Assembly (NCBI GenBank): GCA_031409275.1
Contig: JANNXA010000045.1
Coordinates: 4,396 to 68,395, forward strand
Source of the DNA: Planctomycetota bacterium
GTDB lineage: Bacteria; Planctomycetota; B15-G4; SIAN01
Direction of reading: 5' to 3'
DNA length: 64,000 nucleotides
Shown here one piece after another: positions 54,888 through 64,000 of the stretch. A program made the translations under genes and the position numbers. Below the pieces are notes generated by a model. The model saw only the letters and a program-made list of their open reading frames with translations, made no database searches and was not told the DNA's origin. Numbering within the stretch: position 1 is the first letter of the stretch; every line of letters begins with the position of its first letter.

Positions 54888-56333
54888 CTACACCTTCAAG
54901 TCTTCGAGGCCCGCACGCCCGGTGCGGCGCAACGGCGCGAGCGCAGGCTCGACCTGCTCGGCAAGGAACTCGGTCGCCTGCTCGCGCGCGCGTCCGACCA
55001 ATGCTGCGCCCCCGGCGATCGCGGGCAACTGCTCTTTCACGGCGCCAAACGCTGGATCGACCGCAAGTCGCGCGAACAGATCGTTGTCCGCCGCGCCGCC
55101 CTTCATGCGCTCCGCCGCGGCACGCGCATGGATGCGGATCTGCTCGTGCAGCAACTGGCGATCGCCGCCCGCCTGCACCGCCCGCATCAGGATCTCCTCG
55201 GTCGCCATGAACGGCAGCTCGCGCTGCAAGTGCGCTGCGATGCGCGCCTCGTTCACGATGATCCCTCGGAAGATGCTGTGGTAGATCCGCAGCACCGCAT
55301 CCGCCGCGAGGAACGACTCGGCCAGCACGATGCGTCGATTGGCCGAATCATCGAGCGTGCGTTCGAGCCACTGCTGGCCGGCCGTCTCTGCCGCGTTCGC
55401 CGGCAGGTGGATCAAGTAGCGCGCCAGCGACACCATCCGCTCGGCGCGCATCGGATTGCGCTTGTAGGCCATCGCCGACGAGCCGATCTGCTTCTCCTCG
55501 AACGGCTCCTCGATCTCCTGCTCGTGCGCGAGGAGACGCAGGTCGTTGCCCGCCTTCGCCGCCGATTGGCCGATTCCCGAGAGGATCGTCAACAGCCGAT
55601 AGTCGAGCTTGCGCGGATAGGTCTGTCCGCACACCGCGACCGTGGTCGCGAAACCGAGCCGCTTCGCGAATCGGCGATCGAGCTCCTTGACCTTGGCGTG
55701 GTCGCCGTGGAACAGCGTCAGGAAGGAGGCCTGAGTGCCGGTCGTCCCTTTCAGGCCGCGCGCGGGCAGCTCGTCGAGCAGTCGGTTCAGCTCGGCGAGA
55801 TCGAAGAGCAGATCCTGCAGCCACAGGCACGCCCGCTTGCCGACCGTGGTCGGTTGCGCCGGCTGGAAGTGCGTGTAGCCGAGCGTCGGAATCGACTGCG
55901 TCCGGGCCACGAAGGCGGCGAGCTGCTCCATCACCTGGACGAGCGAGTCGCGCAGCAACAGCAGCGCGCGCTTCATCACCACGAGGTCGGCGTTGTCGGT
56001 CACCGTGCACGACGTCGCGCCGAGATGGAGGAACGGCTGGGCCGGCGGATGCAGCTCGGCGAATGCGTGCAGGTGCGCCATCACATCGTGGCGCAACTCC
56101 TGTTCGAGCGCCGCCGCGCGGGCGAGGTCGATCTCGTCGATGCGCTTCTCGAGCGCGTCGATGTCGCGCCCCGGCAGGTCGAGGCCGAGCTCGAGCTGCG
56201 TGCGCGCCAGCGCGATCCAGATCTCGCGCCACAGTCGTGCCCGCGCGCGATCGGAGAAGAGCTCCTGCATCGCTTTGCTGGTGTAGCGCGACGACAACGG
56301 GCTGCGCCACAACGCACCGGCCGGCTCCGCCAT
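54888..56333 (-). CDS. purB: Adenylosuccinate lyase (PurB).
   Basis: PurB signature GSSAMAYKRNP and N-terminal SPLSSRYTSKAMQELFS. Start placed at the third ATG (56333, MAEP) with a GGGAG Shine-Dalgarno 10 nt upstream. Confidence 0.85.
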   Translation of the reverse strand: MAEPAGALWRSPLSSRYTSKAMQELFSDRARARLWREIWIALARTQLELGLDLPGRDIDALEKRIDEIDLARAAALEQELRHDVMAHLHAFAELHPPAQPFLHLGATSCTVTDNADLVVMKRALLLLRDSLVQVMEQLAAFVARTQSIPTLGYTHFQPAQPTTVGKRACLWLQDLLFDLAELNRLLDELPARGLKGTTGTQASFLTLFHGDHAKVKELDRRFAKRLGFATTVAVCGQTYPRKLDYRLLTILSGIGQSAAKAGNDLRLLAHEQEIEEPFEEKQIGSSAMAYKRNPMRAERMVSLARYLIHLPANAAETAGQQWLERTLDDSANRRIVLAESFLAADAVLRIYHSIFRGIIVNEARIAAHLQRELPFMATEEILMRAVQAGGDRQLLHEQIRIHARAAAERMKGGAADNDLFARLAVDPAFGAVKEQLPAIAGGAALVGRAREQATEFLAEQVEPALAPLRRTGRAGLEDLKV

Positions 56334-56381
56334 ACCCCGATCGCTCCCGCCCATCGCCATGCTCCTACGCGCCGCAGCGTC

Positions 56382-56858
56382 TCAGCGCAGCGGCCCCCAC
56401 GTGCGAGCGGCATTCAACGCCGCGGCGCACAGGCCAATCGACACGAAGCGCGCCACCGCCGGCCAGAAACGGCCGGGTCCGCGCACCCCCCACCACAAGC
56501 TCAGCACGCCGACGCCGCCGAGCAGATCGACGCAGACGTCGAACGCGTCGGGTGTTCGGCCGGGAGTCCATGACTGATGCCACTCGTCGACGATCCCGTA
56601 GGTCACCGTCAGCACCAGCACGCCGATCAGCGCGTCGCGTGACCAGCCGCCCGCGCGCCGGCAGCTCTCGGCCAGCAGCAGCGCCAGCGCACCGAACAGG
56701 AAGAAGTGCAGCGAATTGGAGACGAAGCCCCAGAACTGCCCGCCGATGCCCGGGAAGCTCTGCGACGAGAGCCACCAGATCCAACCAGCGTGGATCGGGA
56801 CGGCAACGGCCGCGACGATTCGAATCGCGCGGTCAGCGCCGCTTGACGAGCCGGACAC
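56382..56858 (-). CDS. VanZ-like membrane protein.
   Basis: Four hydrophobic helices and the VanZ motif IVDEWHQSWTPGRT. Confidence 0.7.
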   Translation of the reverse strand: MSGSSSGADRAIRIVAAVAVPIHAGWIWWLSSQSFPGIGGQFWGFVSNSLHFFLFGALALLLAESCRRAGGWSRDALIGVLVLTVTYGIVDEWHQSWTPGRTPDAFDVCVDLLGGVGVLSLWWGVRGPGRFWPAVARFVSIGLCAAALNAARTWGPLR

Positions 56859-57267
56859 GCGTGCCGCCCCCTTCGCGCGCTTCGAAGCGCACTTCGTCCA
56901 TGGTGGCGTGGATCAGGAACAGGCCGCGCCCCGATTCGGCGTCCTCGTCCGGGAGGTGTGCCTCCGTACGCGAGTGGCCGGCGCGCGGCCGGAACGTGCC
57001 GCGATCGAGCACGTCGAAGACGAGGCGATCCTCGTGGATGGCGACCTTGAGCTCGATCGCCTGCTGCTGCGCCGCGGCGCCGCCGTGAAAGCAGGCGTTC
57101 ATCACGACCTCGTCAAGACCGAGCAGGACCGCCTCGACCTTGTCGTCCGTGAATCCGTGGTCATGGAGCAGGGAACGGATCTGGCCGCGCACCAGTCGGA
57201 CCGCCGCCTCGACCGGTCCGATCCGGAAGTCGATGGCAAGGAGTGCGGGCGCGTCAGGCGAATCCAC
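56833..57267 (-). CDS. Anti-sigma regulatory factor (RsbW/SpoIIAB-like Ser kinase, HATPase_c fold).
   Basis: N-box-like GLDEVVMNACFHG and G-box ESGRGLFLIHATMDEV in a 144-aa protein. Confidence 0.65.
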   Translation of the reverse strand: MDSPDAPALLAIDFRIGPVEAAVRLVRGQIRSLLHDHGFTDDKVEAVLLGLDEVVMNACFHGGAAAQQQAIELKVAIHEDRLVFDVLDRGTFRPRAGHSRTEAHLPDEDAESGRGLFLIHATMDEVRFEAREGGGTRVRLVKRR

Positions 57268-57317
57268 ACCGGGACGTTAGAGCCTGCCACCAAGAGGGAC
57301 AAGGCGCGCCATGACCG

Positions 57318-58211
57318 TCACCGATCGAGGCCCGCTCCCGCGAAGACCAGAGAGAGGTCGAGTGCCGGCGCCGAGTGGGTCAGCGCGCCGATCGACAGCC
57401 GCTCGACGCCTGCCTCGGCGTAGGCGCGGACGTTTCCCAGATGGAGGCCGCCCGACGCCTCGAGGCCGACCTGAGCGCGCGTGAAACGGCGGCGAATGCG
57501 CCGCACCGCCTCGGCGACCTCTGCGGGCGAAAAGTTATCGAGCAGGATCAAGTCGGCACCGGCAGCTGCCGCACGCTCCGCCTCGTCGCAATCGAACACC
57601 TCGACCTGCACCTTCATCCCGGCCGGCGCGTGGTGGCGTGCGGCCGCGATCGACTCCTCGAGCGGTCGCCGTCCCGCCGGCCATGGCCTCGCATAGGCGA
57701 GGTGGTTGCTCTTGATCAGGACCTGGTCCCACAGCCCATGGCGATGGTTGATACCGCCTCCAGCCGCGACCGCCCGCTTCGCGAACCAACGCAATCCCGG
57801 CAAGGTCTTGCGCGTGTCGAGGATCGCGGCACCCGTGCCAGCGACGGCGGCCACGTAGCGCGCGGTCTGCGTCGCGATGCCTGAGAGGTGCTGCAACAGG
57901 TTCAACAGCGTGCGCTCCGCGGCCAGCAGCGCGCGCGCGTTGGCGGCCAGCGTGCCGACCGCCTGACCGGCGACGATCGCGCTGCCATCGGCGAGTGGCG
58001 CATCGAGACGCGCGTTTGGATCGAGCAGTCGCACCACCCGCTCGGCGAGATCGACGCCGCAGATGACGCCTGGCGCCTTGGCGGTCAGCGTCGCTTCGAT
58101 CGAAGCTTCGCGCGGCACGAAGCAGTCGGCCGTGACGTCACCGGAACCGAGATCCTCGGCGAGGAAGCGGCGCAGGATCGAATCGAGATCGGCGGGCGGT
58201 GGGAGGCTCAT
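57318..58211 (-). CDS. nadC: Nicotinate-nucleotide pyrophosphorylase [carboxylating] (quinolinate phosphoribosyltransferase).
   Basis: NadC-like over the full length (ILDTRKTLPGLR, QVLIKSNHL, ADLILLDNFSP, EASGGL). Confidence 0.85.
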   Translation of the reverse strand: MSLPPPADLDSILRRFLAEDLGSGDVTADCFVPREASIEATLTAKAPGVICGVDLAERVVRLLDPNARLDAPLADGSAIVAGQAVGTLAANARALLAAERTLLNLLQHLSGIATQTARYVAAVAGTGAAILDTRKTLPGLRWFAKRAVAAGGGINHRHGLWDQVLIKSNHLAYARPWPAGRRPLEESIAAARHHAPAGMKVQVEVFDCDEAERAAAAGADLILLDNFSPAEVAEAVRRIRRRFTRAQVGLEASGGLHLGNVRAYAEAGVERLSIGALTHSAPALDLSLVFAGAGLDR

Positions 58212-58217
58212 TGGGGC

Positions 58218-58568
58218 TCAGCGCGCGAAGGTGACGAGCCCCTCCAATGCCGTCGCCACGCGCGGGCCGATGCCGTCGACGCGAGCGCACAGCTCCGCGA
58301 AATCGGCGAACGGGCCGCCCGCAGCACGCGCGTCGACGATGCGACGTGCCAGCACGGGGCCGATGCCAGGAAGGCGTTCGAGCGCTCCGACATCGTCATG
58401 ATTCAAGTCGACGATCGCGGCCGCCGCCACTGCGGAGTAGCTCGCCGTGATCTGATGCGTCTGCAACCGGGCAAGTCCGACCGCCGCCAGCAGCAGACCG
58501 ACGACGGCGAATCCGGTTCGTCCACGTGACGCGACGGCGGCGTCGGTCGGGTCGCCGGCCACGTTCAT
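58218..58568 (-). CDS. comEA: ComEA-family helix-hairpin-helix DNA-binding protein.
   Basis: N-terminal TM helix, then HhH motifs (LNHDDVGALERLPGIGPVLARRIV and GPFADFAELCARVDGIGPRVATAL). Confidence 0.7.
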   Translation of the reverse strand: MNVAGDPTDAAVASRGRTGFAVVGLLLAAVGLARLQTHQITASYSAVAAAAIVDLNHDDVGALERLPGIGPVLARRIVDARAAGGPFADFAELCARVDGIGPRVATALEGLVTFAR

Positions 58569-59509
58569 CGAGCCGCAGTGGTCTGGGTGCTGCGCAACGC
58601 GCTCGCACGCTGGCGATTGCGGGTGAAGTAGAGGCGGACGACTTCGTCGACGATGGCGTGGAGAGCGCCGCGATCCTGGAGCGGCCGCGGCGAGTCGTCT
58701 CCGTCTCCAAGGCGCGCCGTCAGCGTCGTGCCGTCGAGTTCGAGCGCGACCAGCGTCTCGTCATGGAAGAGGAAGCGCGTCGAACTACCGGCCACCGCGA
58801 CCTCGATCTCATCGCTGATGCGCAGGATCTTGCGCTTGAGCTCTCCGGCGAGGTCGACGTCTGGATCGACCGCCGCGACTGCTGCCGGAGGGCGGGTCGC
58901 CAACGCGCGAGCAGGGGTGCCGTTCGAGTACGCCGGCTCGTTCCCGTGCGTCGCGTTGCCGTTGACGCCGTTGACCCCGGCCTTGCCGCGGCGCGCACGA
59001 CGTTCGATGAGCGGATCGACGGGCGAGTCCGAAGCCGGAGGAGCGTCGCGACGCGGCTCCCCTCCGGCGCGGACCACCACCAAGCGGTGCTTGCCCTCCT
59101 CGGAAAGGAGTCGCGCTTCGAAGAGTTCGATCGACATCGTCGAAAGCTCTTCGCGCGCGCCGAGCAGCGCATCGGTGAAGCGCGACGCCACGAGCAGCAC
59201 CCGCGGGGGTCGCTCGAACGTCACGCCTGCCGGCTGGAACAGACGCTCCAACAGGCTCCGCATCCGACGCACTTCAGCGGCAACGAACCACGCCCGACCG
59301 AGCAGTGCCGCGTCTCCTGCGCTCCCCTCCCCGAGAGCGATGACGGGGCGTGCGCTGGCGTCCTGCAACCACAGGTCGACGAAAAGCTCCGGGGTGAGCC
59401 GGAACCCTTGGTCGAGCAGACGCATTCCCCGCTCGAGATCTTGCGGCCTCTCCGCGAGCGCCCGCATCAACGCGGACATCTCCGGGGCCTGCGACTCGGT
59501 TTGGAGCAT
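58565..59509 (-). CDS. Hypothetical protein (two globular parts split by a Pro/Ala/Asn-Gly low-complexity linker).
   Basis: 4-nt overlap with comEA, coding-like GC3. No motif I can name. Confidence 0.45.
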   Translation of the reverse strand: MLQTESQAPEMSALMRALAERPQDLERGMRLLDQGFRLTPELFVDLWLQDASARPVIALGEGSAGDAALLGRAWFVAAEVRRMRSLLERLFQPAGVTFERPPRVLLVASRFTDALLGAREELSTMSIELFEARLLSEEGKHRLVVVRAGGEPRRDAPPASDSPVDPLIERRARRGKAGVNGVNGNATHGNEPAYSNGTPARALATRPPAAVAAVDPDVDLAGELKRKILRISDEIEVAVAGSSTRFLFHDETLVALELDGTTLTARLGDGDDSPRPLQDRGALHAIVDEVVRLYFTRNRQRASALRSTQTTAAR

Positions 59510-59865
59510 GGTCGCGGCCCCTCCCCCTCAAGGACGGCGCACAGCAGTTCCACGGATGCGAGACCGATGCGCGCCTGCACCGCCACTTTCCACGGATGCG
59601 GCAGATTGTACGACTCGCGATCGCCACCACAATCCCTCGTGTTACAGAGACTTCCCTACTACCACCAGTGACAGTCCCCCGCACACCGACGACGATTCGC
59701 GAGCAGCTCTACTCCAACCGGAGCGCTCTAAGCTCCCCCCAGCGTCAGTCCACGAGCGGCGAGCTTGGACGGTGGAGCGAACGGCATGGCGCGACGTCAG
59801 CGACAACGACAGACGCACTCCTCCACGTCGGGTGACGCGCGCGTCGCCCCGGTCGGGAACTGCTG

Positions 59866-60885
59866 GTGAGCCTGCGACCGACCTCCCCACTCCGAGTCGA
59901 GCGGCGCCTCCTCGATAGCGCGCTGCTTCGTGGCAATCGGCAGGGCGACCCGCACCAGCGGGAGCTGCTCGTGGTCGTGCCGCCGGGCTACGACGACGAC
60001 GCTCGCCGCTACCCCGTGCTCTACGTGCTGGCGGGATTCACAGGGTTCGGCGCGACGCTGCTGGCGCGGGCGTGTTGGGAGGAGGCGATCGACCAGCGAC
60101 TCGCGCGCCTCTTCCTGCATGGCTGTCCGCCGGCGCTCGTCGTGCTGCCCGACTGCTGCACCCGTCTTGGCGGCTCGCAGTACGTCGACTCGAGCGCACT
60201 CGGCCGCTACGCCTCCCACCTCATCGACGAGGTGATCCCGACGGTCGACGCGCAATTCAAGACCGTGCCGACCGCCGCCGGCCGCGCGGTCGTCGGCAAG
60301 TCGAGCGGCGGCTTCGGAGCGCTCCACCTCGTCCTCACCCATCCCGGCGTGTTCGCCGCCGCGGCCTCGCATAGCGGCGACCTCGGGTTCGAGCAGTGCT
60401 ACCCCCACGACTTTCCGGCGTGCGCCAATGCCGTGGCCCGCGCCGGCGGCATCGAGCCGTTCCTCGCCTCGTTCTTCGCGAAGCGCAAGCGCGGCAGCGA
60501 GGAGTTCGCCGCGATCAGCACGCTGGCGATGGCGGCGGCCTATTCACCGCGCGCCGACCTCGCCGACGGCTTCGAATTGCCCTTCGACATCACCACTTGC
60601 GAGTTGCGATCCGACGTCTTCGACCGCTGGCTCGCGTTCGATCCGGTGCGCCGCGTCGCGGCGGGTGCCGCCTCGCTGCGCTCGCTGCGCGCGCTGTTCG
60701 TCGACTGCGGCAACCGCGACGAGTACCACCTCCACTTCGGCGCGCGCCGCTTCGCGCGCGAGTGCGCCACGCACGGCGTCGCATTGCGACACGAGGAGTT
60801 CGACGACGGTCATCGCGGGACGAGCTGGCGCTACGACACCTCGTTGCCGTTCCTGCTGCAGTCGTTGGCGCAGGCAACCGCATGA
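59866..60885 (+). CDS. Putative esterase (esterase D/enterochelin-esterase-like alpha/beta hydrolase).
   Basis: Nucleophile elbow VVGKSSGGFGAL and PVLYVLAGFTG in PF00756-like context. GTG start at 59866. Confidence 0.7.
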   Translation: MSLRPTSPLRVERRLLDSALLRGNRQGDPHQRELLVVVPPGYDDDARRYPVLYVLAGFTGFGATLLARACWEEAIDQRLARLFLHGCPPALVVLPDCCTRLGGSQYVDSSALGRYASHLIDEVIPTVDAQFKTVPTAAGRAVVGKSSGGFGALHLVLTHPGVFAAAASHSGDLGFEQCYPHDFPACANAVARAGGIEPFLASFFAKRKRGSEEFAAISTLAMAAAYSPRADLADGFELPFDITTCELRSDVFDRWLAFDPVRRVAAGAASLRSLRALFVDCGNRDEYHLHFGARRFARECATHGVALRHEEFDDGHRGTSWRYDTSLPFLLQSLAQATA

Positions 60886-62811
60886 AGCGCGCCGCTCCGG
60901 CGCGCGCTGCCGCACTCTTGGTCGGAGTGGTCGCGCTCGGACTGCTCGCGACGCAGCTGCTGGTGCGCTGGCGCGCGGACGGCGTCGCGGCGGGTGACCG
61001 CTCGCCGCTCGATCTGCTGGCCAGCGCTTCCGCGCTCGACCGACTCGAGTGGCTCCTCCTGGCGCTGCTGGCGGTGGCGCGTCTGGCGCGTGCCGCGCTC
61101 CCGCGTCGTCGCCTCCTCGAGCCGGCGCTCGACCTGCCGCTGCTCGCGCTGTTGGCCGGCAGCGCCGGAGGATCGCTCTCCCCGCTCGATCCGGCGCTCC
61201 CGCTCACCTATCTGGCGGCGCTCGCGCTTCTGCGCAGCTCCGAGAGCGGCACCGCGACCCCGCGGCGGCTCGCGTGCGAGCTCCTGCTCGGGGCGACCGC
61301 CGGCCATTGGCTGGTGCAGCGACATGAGCGAGCGCTGCTCGACCACGACCTCGCCACCGTCGAACGGAGCGCGGCGCTGGCGGCTGCAGCGATTGCCGAC
61401 GACGGCCGGCGCGCGCTCGCCACCGTGGCCGACAGCCTCGCGGCCCTCGATCCGCGCGAGGAGCTCGCTCCGTTGCAGGCTTCGCTCGTCGATCGCGACC
61501 TCGCGCTGCAGCAATTCCTCGCGGTGCTCGGCAGCGACGCGCCGCTCGACGAGGAGAGGCTCGCCACCGCCCGCATTGCGCTCCAGCTCGCCGAGGAGCA
61601 GGCGACCGATCGCTGGTTCGTCGGCCGCGAGGCGTTGCGCTCGGCCACGGACGATCCTCGGCAACGCAGCGCGATCGAGTCGCTCGATCTGCTGCGAGAG
61701 AGCGGCGCCAACTTGCGCGACGAGCTGCAGAAGCGCGCCGAGGAGCTCGAGCGCTCGCTGCTGCTGCTGACGCAACGCGCGGCGGCCCACGCAACCTTCC
61801 TGCGCGATTCGCTCTGGCGGCGTGCGGCGCTGCTCGCCGCGCTGCTCGCATGCGCCGGCGTGATCGTGCTCTTGCGCGAACGGATGGAGGGAGCGGTCCG
61901 CGACGCCGAGGAGCGACGGGCGCAGCGCGAGATCCAGCTCGCCGCGCAGGAGAAGGAGCACTGGATCGCGGTCACCGCCGGTCTCACCCATGGGCTCGGC
62001 AATGACATCGTCGCGTACGACGCGTGGCTCTGCGAGGCGAGTCGCCTGCTCGCGCCGCCCGCCGCCGCGCCGCCACGCGCCCGCGACCTGATCGCCGCGG
62101 TCGCTGCGAGCAACCGCGGCCGCCTCGCCTTCCTGCAGTTCCTCGACGCGCTCGCTCATCAACGGCAGTCGGCCGCGGGCGACGCTCCCCCGCTGCCGTT
62201 CACGCCGATCGCGTTGGCGCCGCTGCTGAACGAGACGCGGCGCAAGGTCGCCGAGGTGGAGAGCGCCGACCTGCCCCCCGCCGGCAGCGACCCCGTGGTC
62301 GATCGCCGCCGCCGCCAGCTCACCGAGCTGCCGCTCGAGATCGAGGTCGCCACGCCGCGCGCCGCGACGCTGTTGCGCGGCCAACGCGGCGCCGTCGAGT
62401 TCTTCGCCTACGAGCTGGTCAAGAACGCGCTGCGCAGCGCCACCGGTCGCGAACCGCTGCGGGCGCGACTCGACTGGCGCGCGGGCGTGTTGACGCTCGC
62501 GCTCGAAAACGATGTCGAGGTCGACGCGCTCGACGGCACCTGTCCGCGTTGCGGAACCGCGGGCAAGTTGCGTCGAATCCGGCGACGCCGCGACGCGGCA
62601 CCGAGCTGCGCCGGCTGTTTCGCGGCCGCCTTCGCGGAACTGCTGGAGCAGAGCTTCGCGCCCGGCAAAGGGGCGGGCACCGGGCTCGGCCTCTTCCTGA
62701 TCCGCTACTTTCTGCGCACCTTCTGGAACGGCACGCTCACCGCGGAAGTGGTCAGCTCCGATCCAGCGCGCGTGGCCTTCACCCTGACGCTCCCCGACCC
62801 CGATCCCCCCG

Positions 62812-64000
<1,189 letters not shown>

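Overview
This window is high-GC (roughly 70-75% by eye) bacterial chromosome, densely coding on both strands, with no CRISPR array, rRNA or recognisable mobile element. Several protein architectures point to Planctomycetota or the wider PVC group: a PSCyt1-type planctomycete cytochrome c motif, a PVC-type membrane-bound dehydrogenase/HEAT/CxxCH giant protein, a CRTAC1 (FG-GAP/ASPIC) protein, a GT10 fucosyltransferase, many sulfatase-like and Ser/Thr-kinase genes, and two sigma-54 activators. A Myxococcota-like origin is not excluded.

Because GC is so high, all six frames carry long ORFs. I chose the real frame from recognisable protein motifs, third-position GC, Shine-Dalgarno spacing and ATGA/TGATG operon overlaps. 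Many long track ORFs are arginine-rich antisense artefacts and are listed under rejected items.

I annotate 44 CDS, one tRNA-Gly(GCC) and one tandem repeat; other repeats and hairpins are described under findings.

- **Most interesting locus:** a minus-strand operon at 40675-45379 encoding lysine 2,3-aminomutase (KamA), two D-Ala-D-Ala-ligase-like ATP-grasp enzymes, a GNAT acetyltransferase and a YkgJ cysteine-cluster protein. It sits behind a 744-bp low-GC non-coding leader. This looks like an undescribed pathway for a beta-lysine-derived acetylated peptide or compatible solute.
- **Unusual proteins:** a secreted double-PDZ protein with CC(ASGES) tandem repeats, an HGQGHG tract and a Cys/Asp/Glu-rich tail (52237-54789); a 1627-aa Ser/Thr-kinase-TPR-GAF-sigma54-activator fusion (28572-33455); a sulfatase-like enzyme whose CxPxR motif is replaced by T-M-P-S-H (21156-23093); and a histidine kinase with a zinc-ribbon inserted in its ATP lid (60882-62843).
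- **Clusters:** a minor-pseudopilin operon followed by a small protein with a sorting-signal-like C-terminus (37254-40666), and a glycan-tailoring cluster of FkbM methyltransferase, epimerase and GT10 fucosyltransferase (5056-8653).
- **Non-coding structure:** nested inverted repeats and a hairpin between convergent genes (19363-19531), a 13-bp inverted repeat in an AT-richer intergenic region (17455-17602), and a direct repeat with 40-bp period upstream of a divergent gene pair (59548-59600).
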